A stretch of DNA of 64,000 nt from NCBI GenBank assembly GCA_964019335.1, contig OZ025720.1:419989-483988 (forward strand), given 5' to 3'. Position 1 is the stretch's first letter. Each line of letters begins with the position of its first letter. Made by a program: the position numbers and the translations under genes. Shown here one piece after another: positions 43,176 to 54,024 of this stretch. The notes below the pieces were generated by a model. That model saw only the letters and a program-made list of their open reading frames with translations, was not told where the DNA came from and made no database searches. The stretch comes from Diplonema japonicum. Taxonomy: Eukaryota; Protista; Euglenozoa: Diplonemea.

Positions 43176-44236
43176 ATGTCAAGGGACGACTTCGAACTAG
43201 GGAAGGTTAAGTGGACGGACGTCGAGACATCGACATATCCTCCTTCGGCTACCCCCGCGAAACACGGTCACGACTGTGTGTTCTTCCCCTCGTGCGATAG
43301 GGCCCATGATCTGGGTAACCATTGCGCGAGGTGCGGACGCGTGGGGGACCCCGAGTGCCTACGGGCAAAAATGAAAACGAAGGCCCTACGGGTGCGCTTC
43401 GAGTTGCCCACGAGTTCAGAGGAGCTTTGGGTTTGCCCTCCGTGTTGCTGGGAAGTTGACAATGGGGCTGACTTAGTTGTCACCGACGAGGGGGCAGATC
43501 ATGCGGAAGGGGAGGACGAGGAGCGTGAGGAAATGACAGACACTGGCGGGGTCGCTGAGGTAGACTTGCTGACGGAGGCGGAAAGCCACGCTGACCCAAC
43601 GGTACGCCGTTTGGTGCAGCTGATGGTGGCGAGGAACGACGCGATGGCCCTGAAGCATGAAGCGCTGGAGGCCGAATTAACGGCTCTGCGCAAGGAGAAG
43701 AGGACCAGGGTCCCGTTTGACCTGGATCTTCGGCGGGTCGTGGAGTGGGTCCCCTACTTGGATTGCCCTTCGGGGGTGGACGCAATCCTGTCCGCGATCG
43801 CGTTGCGTTACGGTCCTTTCGTGGACAAGCCGGAGAGTGACGCCATGCGGGTTGCCACGAATCTATGAGGATCTGGCACTACCTACGGGTAGCTTGCGAC
43901 GAGGAAGGCAAATGGTCTAAGGATCTACTTCCGACGCTGCACAGTTACATGCTACGGCTTGAAGCTCTGCACATGCTGACGGAGTGTGGCCAGAATTTCC
44001 GGCTCGGGATTCAGAAGGCCCACGCTTACGAGGGGTATCTCTTCGGGTCACACTGGGAGGACTTCTCCGATAAAAAGCTACGGCTTACATTTAAGCACAT
44101 GAACTCTACGGAGGCCGAGCTTGAGGTCTTGAAGAAGGATCGGGAGAGGGAGAGGGAAGCAGACAGGTTGAGAAACAGACAAGGTGGAACCCCTAAGAGG
44201 ACTAGGTTGGGAAGTTTCTCAACTCCAAAAAAGTGA
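43176..44236 (+). CDS. Gag-like ORF1 with PHD-like zinc finger and coiled coil, broken by a -1 frameshift at ~43865
   Basis: C-x5-C...CARC...C...WVCPPC; ALKHEALEAELTALRKE. ORFs 43176-43868 and 43865-44236 overlap at ATGA. Confidence 0.65.
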
Positions 44237-44395
44237 GCCGCGGCCTCACTCTCCCCGAAACCCAAACCCCTCCTTACGACTATAACGCTTTCCGATTCCC
44301 CATGGAGCGATCTTCTCCATGGCGGAACCATCCGCAAGAAGGACTCTGTCGACGGGAGCGAAGTTCCAGAGCTACGGCAGAACACGCTAAAGACG

Positions 44396-45198
44396 ATGTC
44401 CACCGCTTACAAGGGTCAGGCTTTTCTCTCAGTGATGCGAAGATCGGAGGCCTTCCGTGAGCAACTCCAGAGGATTCAGCCACACCTGTCAAAGGAGATG
44501 TGCTTTGCGATGTGGGTGCAGCGTCTACACGACGAGAAGCGCCTCAGCCCGAGTTCGGCTCTGCAGTATATGACGTACTTCAGCCAGGCGGAGAGGTCCC
44601 CTTTTCAACTTCTTCAGCGATCCCTGAGTCGAAAACTCTCGGACCACTCCGCGCACGAGGACAAGATGGCCCGGGTGCCACCATGTCCGCAGTGAAGGAG
44701 GTGATCCCCAAGAGAGGCATCTTGGCGGGGGCCTTGAGCCTCCAGATGGCTTCGGCGTGCCGGTGGGTCGACTTGAAGAATCTTCTAGTCAAGCACGTGG
44801 AGCAGGGACATCACGACATCCCGAAAGGTTCGGTGATGCTTACCTTTGTGGGGGGCAAAACCGACCTGAGCAGTCGCGGCCAGAGCCTGGTTTTAAGTTC
44901 ACAGAACAAACAGATCGACAAGTTCCTGTTGTGGATGGACTCGCAACCAAGGTTGCCCAAACACCGGCTGTTTCAGGAGCTTTCCTACGGGGACTACAAC
45001 TCCTTCGTGAAGCAGAGCCTCGGGGTGACAACAAGGTTCATCCGTCACGCGACCTTGAACGAAGTCGCCCTGACCCAAGGGGAGGAGGCCGCGAGGATAC
45101 TTGGTCGGCATCGTCGCGTCGAGTCGACCAGACACTACACCTCTCGAGGTACGTGGGGGGACGTGAAGGGGTTGGTCGACGTCTCGAGGAACCTCTAG
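44396..45198 (+). CDS. Tyrosine recombinase of the retroelement, -1 frameshift at ~44675
   Basis: N-terminal LSPSSALQYM (core-binding-like); catalytic R (ASACRWVDL), K (GGKTD), RFIRH (HxxR position), LGRH, STRHY. Confidence 0.82.
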
Positions 45199-45354
45199 AT
45201 ACTTTTTGGGAGGTTTTGTCCTGGTACGACTATGACTGGGACTGGTGGAATCTGGAAGGAGACGTGCCTCGGATTCCTTGAGCGAGCTATGAGGGTCATG
45301 TGGCAGGCGCACCCCTAGAGCCCCTCGATGCTGCCTTGTTGCAGGAGGACTTCC

Positions 45355-46756
45355 CCTGTCTGGGTTCGAATGGATAAAGCCGTCTTTTCTTCGGCGGCAC
45401 ATCGGCAGCCGTGCTAAGGAGGTTGGTCCTCGCAATACGAGATTGGCTGTTCTTGTTGGTCAGATCACTGGAGGCAACATCACTGTGAAAGCCCCGAGGA
45501 GCAGAGCCGGTTCATTTTTTCATAGCGCTTTTTGCGTTAAAAAGCGAAAGCCTGGACAGCTGCGTTTCATCCTCGCCTGCACAGGTCTGAACAAGAGTCT
45601 GAGCCACTTACCCTTGCCACCGTGTAACTTCCCCTCCTATCGTGAGATAGTCGAGACCATGTTTCGAGGAGCCTACTTCATCGAGCACGATTTCAAATCA
45701 TGGTTTTTCCAGTTTGAGCTGCACAAGGAATCGCGGCCTTTCTTCTCGTTCAGAGTGGATGGGAATATCTTGCAGATGCAGCGGCTTGCAATGGGATACC
45801 GAGCCGCGCCGCAGCTGGGTCAAGCCGTCGCCAGATGTGTGGCTAACGAGTCTGTGAGAAATTCATCCGTTCTGGCTGTCGTCTGGCTGGACAACATCGT
45901 ACTCATCGACAAAGACCTGGGTACGTTGAAGGAGGCTTCGCTCAGGTTCGAAGCTCTGTGCCAGAGGTACTGCATCGTGATCGGCGAGACGTCGGCTCCA
46001 TCACAGGTGGGTAGAGTCTTGGGTCTGGAGTTCGACCTCCAATGCAAGAGATGGAGGATGTGCAGCAAGTGGATCGAAGCCCTGAAACCGGTACTGGAGG
46101 ACTTCGTGTTTGACAGACCCCTACAGCTTCGGAGGTGGTGGAGGCTCTGCGGTCTTGTACTTTGGCGAGCTCATGCGCTGGCCCTCCCTCTTTTCAGGTT
46201 CAAGTCCATCCTTAGGTGGATGTCGGGTGTGTGCAAAGGCAAGGACCTCGATGCTGCTAGTCGAGCGGGTTTTTGGACTACACTCATAATGATACCAGCG
46301 TCGGTGCAACGTGCGTTGCAAGCCGCTTTCGAAGAGTTGAGACAGAACGAATGGAAGCGGTGGGCCGAGCGACCTACAGTAAGGCTCGAGGCCTTCACGG
46401 ATGCCAGCTTGACGGGGTGGTGCTGCATGCTAATGCTCGACGGGAAGAAACACGTCAGGTGGGGACGTATACCGCAAGCCTTGGCGGGAGCGGCCATTGC
46501 TCGATTGGAGATGTATGCCCTGCTGGAACTGCTAGAATTTGCTTTTCGGGTGTTGGGTCTCCAGAACGTGGTGCTTCACGTGGGTATCGACAGCACTGTC
46601 GTTCTTGGTGCTTGGTGGAAGGCCTACTCCGGTGACGAGGTCATGCTCGAGATGCTGTGCCAGGGCCGAGAGATCGCGGAGGAGGCGCAAAGCGAGGTGT
46701 CTGGGTTCTACGTGAGGTCCCAGGAGAACCCGGCGGATGCGTACACTAGGTTGTGA
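45355..46756 (+). CDS. Reverse transcriptase / RNase H of the retroelement (N-terminus degenerate, probably overlapping YR)
   Basis: FCVKK...LRFI, DFKSWFFQF, RLAMGYRAAP, WLDN, VLGLEFD; RNase H FTDAS, RLEMYA, IDS, VRSQENPADAYTR. Confidence 0.9.
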
Positions 46757-47040
46757 CATGTTTTTTCCTTGGCACGAGCGCGCTGGTGGCCTACCCCACT
46801 CCTGGCCAAGGTTCGCTAAGACGAATCTGTGACCTAAGGGACACGCGGCGGGGAGGGGGGGGGCGTGTTCATAAGTGGACTGCTCGTGCGCACAAACAAA
46901 TGGAGCGCCAAACTAGTTTTTTTGTTTTAACAATATTATTGTCGAGACTAAAAACTAGTTGATGGCAGTGTAATGAGCTATTTTATTAGGTAAAATTCCG
47001 CTCGTGTGCACAAACAAATGGAGTGCCAAACTAGTTTTTG

Positions 47041-47521
47041 TTTTATTTCACTCTTCGTCATTTTCTTCACTCACTAGGGGCCTCATTATTTAACGCGAAA
47101 CAGCCATTATTTAATGCAAAATCACCATTATTTAACTAGTTAAATAATGAGATTTTGCAGTTAAATAATGGCCCTTCAGAGTGGAAAAATGAGTCTCACC
47201 GTGGAAAAAAATGCACCCAACCCCTTGAAATTTTTTTTTGGGGTGGGCGTATTTTGACTATTTTTGGCCATCTGAGGCCATTCCAGCCCTTAAAAGTGGG
47301 AATAAGTGCCTTACTTCCCCTTTAAATGCCATGGCGAAATAGCAACCCCATATTACCTTAGGAAACTCCCCAAAAAGGCTGACCTGTGTGAAAAAAAACA
47401 GCAGTGAAAGCAGTGAAGAGTGAGTGACTCAAATGACAAAGAGTGAAATAAAACGACTTACTTGCCACCAAATGAGCCATTATTTAACTCTTGTTACCCG
47501 TTTTTTTGCACTCGGGCCCTG
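47041..47521. mobile_element. Partial copy of a CAGGGCCC-terminated TIR element (further copies 51690-52192 and 52193-52500, head-to-tail)
   Basis: ~480-bp near-identical block ending tttttgcactcgggccctg, with 21-bp gccattatttaacgcgaaa repeats. The inverted-type end gggccctcgtgcaaaaaa is at 52194. Confidence 0.7.
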
Positions 47522-47799
47522 TGTGTGGAATCCACCAAGTTCCGACTTTTCAGTTTGGCAGAAGGGAATGGAACGACCCACCCCTGCCCTTGCATGTCCT
47601 CCTTCACGAGCCTCACTAGTGCTGTGTTGATGGTGTTCATCTCTGCTTGGAAACTGTCACACAGGTTGCAGACGCCTACTGAACAGCCAATGGAAAGTTT
47701 TGACCCCACTTGGACTGAAAAAAATCTTTTAAAAATCACTTTAGGAATTTTCCTTAGGGTCTAAATGGCCACCTGAAAATTACAAAATCAAGCTTCATT

Positions 47800-47973
47800 C
47801 AGTGATGGGTGAATCCGGTCCGGTCCGGTGTACCCATTTTAACGGACTGACCAGACTGACCGGATTGGCCAGACTGACCGGATTGGCCGGACTGACCGGA
47901 CTGACCAGACTCAAAAATTTTCTGCAATTTTTGACACACCTGCAAACACTTTTTTTTCAAATATTTTTGGACA

Positions 47974-48004
<31 letters not shown>

Positions 48005-49984
48005 GCCTTTTTTTTTTTTTTTTTTTTCTTTTTCTTCTTCTTCATACCACAGACATGCACAGCTCCATCAAGCCATTTGCACCTATCTACTCCAGTGCAC
48101 TGCAGCTGCAGGTATGTACAAATGTCCGGAAATGTTGTATTTGGATGTAATACAACCCGGCTGTGGTGATCGATGCGGAACACAGAAGAAGCTACAACCC
48201 GGCCGCAGTGAGAGATATATGAGTTAAAGGACCTGCACAAGACTACTTGATTACAGGGGTACACCACAGCCAAGTTGTAGCTTCTTCTGCATTCCGTGTC
48301 GTGTCCTTAATGTGTGTGGTGTTCAGCTCAACCCCAGCTGGGGCGTCCTGGGTAACCAAGATTCTGCTTGTGCAGGATTGGGTCGTTCCATTCCCTTCTG
48401 CCAAACTGAAAGTCGGAACTTGGCAGAATGGCAGAACCGGAACTTGGTGGAACAGGGAATTCCTTACTTTTTTTTTTGTTTTAACAATATTATTGTCGAG
48501 ACTAAAACTAGTTGATGGCAGCGTAATGAGCTATTTTATTAGGTAAAATTCCACTCATGCGCACAAACAAATGGAGTGTCAAACTAGTTTTCCCCCCCCC
48601 CTTTTTTTTCCTCTTTGCATCATCAAGGTTGAAAGTGGTGACTATATCACCACAACACTGACAGCACAATATTCCATGTCGTGTCCTTAATGTGTGCAGT
48701 GTGCAGCTCAACACCAGCCATGGCCCTGGTAACTAAGATTCTGGGCCTGTGTAGTTTGCTGCCAGTTCATCACCCTGAGCATCTGCAATACGTTCCTCCA
48801 CTCGGGCACAACCGGTGATGACCAACATGGAGGTCAACAGTGAACAACACATCTGATGTACTTCTTATATTTCCATATTTCTGTGATCCCCACCACCAAA
48901 TAACATGAAAGAGGTAAAGGAGACCAGTGACAGGGGGTGCACCTTGGCCGCTTCTGCATTCTGTGTCGTGTCCTTAATGCATGCGGTGTGTAGCTCAACC
49001 CCAGCTGGTGCCCTAAGTAGTTACTCACCCTGAGCATCTGCAATTTGTTCTTCCACTCAGGGTGCTACAGGTGATGACCAGCCAAGTGGATGGAGGAAAT
49101 GCCTGTTCATCGTGTTGGCGGTGCCTGCACAAGAACTGTTAACTTGATACAGGGGGGCACTGCAGCTGAGTTGTAGCTTCTTCTGTGTTCTGTGTTGTGT
49201 TCTTAATGTGTGCAGATGCTTAGGGTGACAAACAGGCAGCAAACTACACCACACACATTAAAGACATGACACAGAATGCAGAAGAAGCTACAACTCGGTT
49301 GCGGTGCACCCCTGTAATCAAGCAGACAGTTCTTGTGCAGGGCACCACCAACACCAGCCTCTTTTAACTCATATATATATCATTCAGGTGGTGGGGATAA
49401 CATGGAAATATAAGAAGTACATCAGATGTGTTGTTTGCTGTTGACCTCCATGTTGGTCCAAGTGGAGAACATAATGCAGATGCTCAGGGTGATGAATTGG
49501 CAGCAAACTGCATAAGCGCAGAATCTTGGTTACCCCGGGTTGCTATGGCTGGGGTTAAGCTGCACACTGCATGGGTAACCAAGATTCTGCACTCGTGTGG
49601 TTTGCTCGGTGATGACCAATGAGGAGGTCAACAGCAAACAACACATCTGATGTTTTTCTTATATTTTCATGTTATCCCCACCACCTGAAAAAGAAGATAA
49701 AGGTTTTTTTTTTTTTTTTTTTTTTTCTTCGTTTCTCGTTGTTTTTGTTGTTGTTGTTGTCTCTCAGTACCTGTGTAACATCTTTTCTTGTAGACATCTG
49801 TTTATATGTTTGAACTCTGCAGCAAAAAAAAGGGGGGGATGTGGTGTTGTGGTTGTATCTTGTTGGGTCTGGTTCAGTCCAGTCCAGTCTGGTCCAGTCT
49901 GGTCAGTCTGGCATAATTGGGTCGAAATTCATGCTGGATCTGGTCCAGTCTGGTCTAGTCCTAATTAGGATTCACCCATCACTG
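47800..49984. mobile_element. Non-autonomous TIR element, 17-bp perfect TIRs, carrying repeat-R copies and a solo YR-element repeat
   Basis: cagtgatgggtgaatcc (47800-47816) / ggattcacccatcactg (49968-49984), with inverted gaccagact-type subterminal repeats. No TSD. Confidence 0.8.
48475..48591 (+). repeat. Solo A-B terminal repeat of the YR retrotransposon
   Basis: Near-identical to 46921-47038 with no internal ORFs, adjoining a T tract. Confidence 0.85.
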
Positions 49985-52900
49985 CTAGGATAGGTACTTT
50001 TGAGAAAAAAAAGTTTTTTCTTTTGGAAAAAAAATCAATTTTTGGGTGTCTTTGACAACTTTTTTTGGGTGGAAAAAAAATTTTTTTGGACACTATAAAA
50101 AATTTTTTTTTTGCCCCCGTGGTGGGGATAACATGAAAAAACATCAGATGTGTTGTTCACTGTTGACCTCCTCATTGGTCATACAAGCACAGCTCTTGGT
50201 TACCTGGGGTGCCCTGGCTCATGCTGATATGGTGACAGCTGCCAGGCAGAGCTGACAGCCCTGGAGCAGTGTTGTTATGGGAAAAAACCCAGGGGGGTGG
50301 GGGGGGGTGGGGGGGCAAAAAAAATTTTTTTTTCTAGGGACCCTCACTCATTTAGCACCCTCAAAACAGACTTTTTTGGAAATTTTTGGCCAAAAAATAA
50401 TTTTTTTTTTCCCAGGGGACCCCAAACTTGGGGTCACTTTGGCCATTTTTGACCCCAAAATTTTTTTTCTGGAAAAAGCCAGAAATCATGAAATTTATAT
50501 TTAAAACACCTTAAAAACCCATTTCTGCAAACCAAAAAGTTCAGAAAGGTGTTGAGGTGGAATACACATCTCTAAACTATATTCTGAAGTAAAAAGTAAG
50601 TAAAAATCCAAAATTTTCAGGGGGGTAACTCATTCTCATAACAACACTGGGAGGGTAAAAATTTTTTTTTTTTTGAACACCCAATTTGGTCCTGAAAATG
50701 GAATTCTGAACAGCCAATGGAAAGTTTTGACCCCACTTGGACTGAAAAAAATCACTTTAGGAATTTTCCTTAGGGTCTAAATGGCCACCTGAAAATCACA
50801 AAATCAAGCTTCATTTTAGAATGGTATTTTTGGAATTTTGGCCTAATTTTGGGTGATGATAAGCAAAATGCTCCTTGAAGTAGGTTTCCCAGCTGTGGTT
50901 ACCTAATCGAATTTTTTTTTCTTCAAGGAATCAACTTTCTTCCGAAAATTTAAGAGATTCATATCATTCTAGCACCTTATAACTCACTTTTCAGGAAACA
51001 CACAATTTCACACATTTGAATTTATTCTTTAGTTTTTTTCTGAACCTATTTAATTTTTAAACCTAATAAAGAAAGAGTAAATCTCCCAATCAAAACTTTT
51101 TAGTACCAGTGTTGCCAAAATGGGTTGAAAATTAAAGTACCCAGCTGTGGTTACTTAATCAAAAAGGAATTTAATAGCCCATTTAACCATGTATTCAAAC
51201 TTTTTCCCTCTTACTTGCTTGAGAAAACCAACAGATAGACCATTACTAGGCCTGATATAGGTACCCTTTTAAGAAAACAATCAATTTTTCTGAGGTAAAA
51301 AACCACTTTTCAGGTGTTTTTGACCACTTGTTCATGTGAAAAATAATTTTTTTTGGGCACCTTTTTTTTTGACCCCCAAACTTCTCACTTTCACCCCACT
51401 TCACTAAAAGCCTCTTTTAAGGCCTAGGATAGGTACTTTTGAGAAAAAAAAATTTTTTTTTGGAAAAAAAAATCAATTTTTGGGTGTCTTTGACAACTTT
51501 TTTTGGGTGGAAAAAAATTTTTTTTGGTTTTTTAAAACACATGCTGTGTTGTGCACCCCGTGTTGCATACATCATGTGTGTCGAAAATTTGTGGTGTTGG
51601 GGTGGTTTGTGGGCCAGACCCCTCAGACCACCAGTCTGGCCAACACTGCCCATCCCTTTTTTTACTTTTTTTTTTTTTTTTCTTTTTTTTTTTTTATTTC
51701 ACTCTTCGTCATTTTCTTCACTCACTAGGGGCCTCATTATTTAACGCGAAATGGCCATTATTTAACGCGAAACGGCCATTATTTAACGCGAAATCGCCAT
51801 TATTTAACTAGTTAAATAATGAGATTTTGCAGTTAAATAATGGCCCTTCAGAGTGAAAAAATGGGTCTTGTCGTGGAAAAAAATGCACCCAACCCCTTGA
51901 AAAATTTTTTTGGGGTGGGGGTATTTTGACTATTTTTGGCCATCTGAGGCCATTCCAGCCCTTAAAAGTGGGAATAAGTGCCTTACTTCCCCTTTAAATG
52001 CCACGGCGAAATAGCTACCCTGTATTACCTTAGGAAAATCCCCAAAAAGCTGACCTGCGTGAAAAAAAACAGCAGTGAAAGCAGTGAAGAGTGAGTGACT
52101 CAAATGACGAAGAGTGAAATAAAACGACTTACTTGCCGCCAAATGAGCCATTATTTAACACTCGTTACCCGTTTTTTTGCACTCGGGCCCTGCGGGCCCT
52201 CGTGCAAAAAATTCGAGAACTCGAGTTAAATAATGACTCATTATTTGTTGGCAATAAATAGTTATTATTTCACTCTTCGTCATTTTCTTCACTCACTAGG
52301 GGCCTCATTATTTAACGCGAAATGGCCATTATTTAACGCGAAACGGCCATTATTTAACGCGAAATCGCCATTATTTAACTAGTTAAATAATGAGATTTTG
52401 CAGTTAAATAATGGCCCTTCAGAGTGAAAAAATGGCCCTTCAGAGTGGAAAAATGAGTCTCCACTGTGACTCATTATTTGTTGGCAATAAATAGTTATTT
52501 TTGCATTGTACTTTTCTTGCAAAGGCCTCTTTTTAATATTTTTTTCAAAGCAGGTCTCCAAACCCCCTGACATTTTTTTTAATTTTTTTTTTTTTTTTTT
52601 TTTTTTTGCGAAATAACAATGGGACCCACCCATGCGAAACTAGGGGGAAGAAACTAAAGGGAGGAGGATATCAGGGTGCACGGCGGAGTGAACAAGGGAC
52701 GGGAAAGGCTTTTTTTATTTACTTTCATTCTTTCTCGTTCACTGGGAACCAAGGAGAGGTAGGGGGGGAAAAAGGTGAAAAGAAGTTCAAGAAAGTTGGG
52801 GGGGAGGGAGGGCTATCAGAACTTGAGAGGAAGAGATGGAGGGGGGAAAAAGAAAAAAGAAAATTAAAAAGAAAGAAATAAAAAAGTTTTCTTTTTCCTA

Positions 52901-53285
52901 AACCACCCTTGAAATAGGTTCTTTTCTTTTTTTTTTTTTTTTTTTTTTTTTAAACCTAGAACCCATATCAAACAATCTTTTTCATTTTCTTTCTTTTAAA
53001 CTTTTAAACTAGGAATTTTTTTTACATAGTCACAACAAGGTAGTATGAGCCTTGCCTCACATCCCACCCAAACCTAGGACCTCTTTTTTTGAACCTTTGA
53101 AACCAAAAGTGCCAAAAAAATGCAAGCCCCAGCCTAAATTTGGGCCTTTGTGACACAAAAAACACAAAGAAATTTTTTGGTCCCAAGAGTCCCCTGAGTC
53201 CCCTCCAGACCCCTGAAAATTTCAGGGGACTCCTGTCCTGTCCCTTGGAGTCCCCTGAGTCCCTCAAGGGTCTGGACCAACACTG

Positions 53286-53930
53286 GGCTGGGCTGTCGTG
53301 CTACCAGCAGAACCAGTGGTGGGCCAGGTGCCTGTCTGTTTGCCACTATGCACCCAAGTGTGTGAAGATCGGCAACAAGGCTACACTCACGATAAATAAA
53401 TACACGATGTGAGAAAAAGGAGGGATTCTCTCTTATTTTAAAAAGAAAAAATCTTTTTTTTTTTGAATTACTACCTTTTTATTATTGAATTATTTTTGTG
53501 TCCCATTTGTGGTAAATGTTTTCTGACCAAAGCGGCTAGGAAGAGCAGGATGTGTAAGGTGATGACACTTGTCCCTTCCCTGAACACCACTCTTTAAAAA
53601 ATAAAAAAAAAAATAAAAAAAAAAGAAAAGCCGAAAGAACCTTAGGACCTTTGACCTCCGGTTTCAAACTTCTTCCTCTCTTTTTTTTTTTAAGCAGATT
53701 CTTTTTCTTCTTCTTTTTTGGTGGGTCGTAGCCAATTTCGCGTTCCATCATATTTTGAGATATGCGTCTCATCCTTTTCTCCTTCTATCTTCTCCCGTTT
53801 ACCCTCCCTCCCACCCTTTGTATCATGGGCTTCACTTTTTATAAAGGTACCTCCAAAATATTATTCCAAAGGTTTTACAAAGTCCATCCACTGATACTCT
53901 TCTTTATGACAATTTTTTTGTTTTTGCTTT
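53286..53930 (+). pseudogene. Duplicated 3' end and downstream region of the GH18 gene, truncated by a TIR end
   Basis: Matches 61544 onward (ggctgggctgtcgtgctaccagcag...). Begins exactly after gaccaacactg (ends 53285). The stop TAG reads AAG in this copy. Confidence 0.85.
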
Positions 53931-54024
53931 TTGTTTTTTCTTTTTCTCCTTTTTTTAATATATATCACACAGGTTTCTTTTTACAATCTTCTTTCCTTTA
54001 AAAAAAAAAAGAAAAAAAAGATAA

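Larger units (their letters stand above)
43073..47045 (+). mobile_element. Tyrosine-recombinase (DIRS-order) retrotransposon, gag-YR-RT/RNaseH order (VIPER/TATE-like), split direct repeats A1...B1-A2-B2
   Basis: A1 43073-43171; B1 46882-46920; A2 46921-47018; B2 47000-47045. Internal ORFs carry YR and RT/RH motifs. Confidence 0.88.
41706..50649. mobile_element. Nested/composite non-autonomous TIR structure (hAT-like CAGTG termini)
   Basis: 19-bp perfect inverted ends cagtgttgttatgagaatg (41706-41724 / 50631-50649), plus an ~115-bp inverted block (41800-41915 / 49985-50100). A shorter 50267-50649 unit is flanked by GGAG on both sides. Confidence 0.6.
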
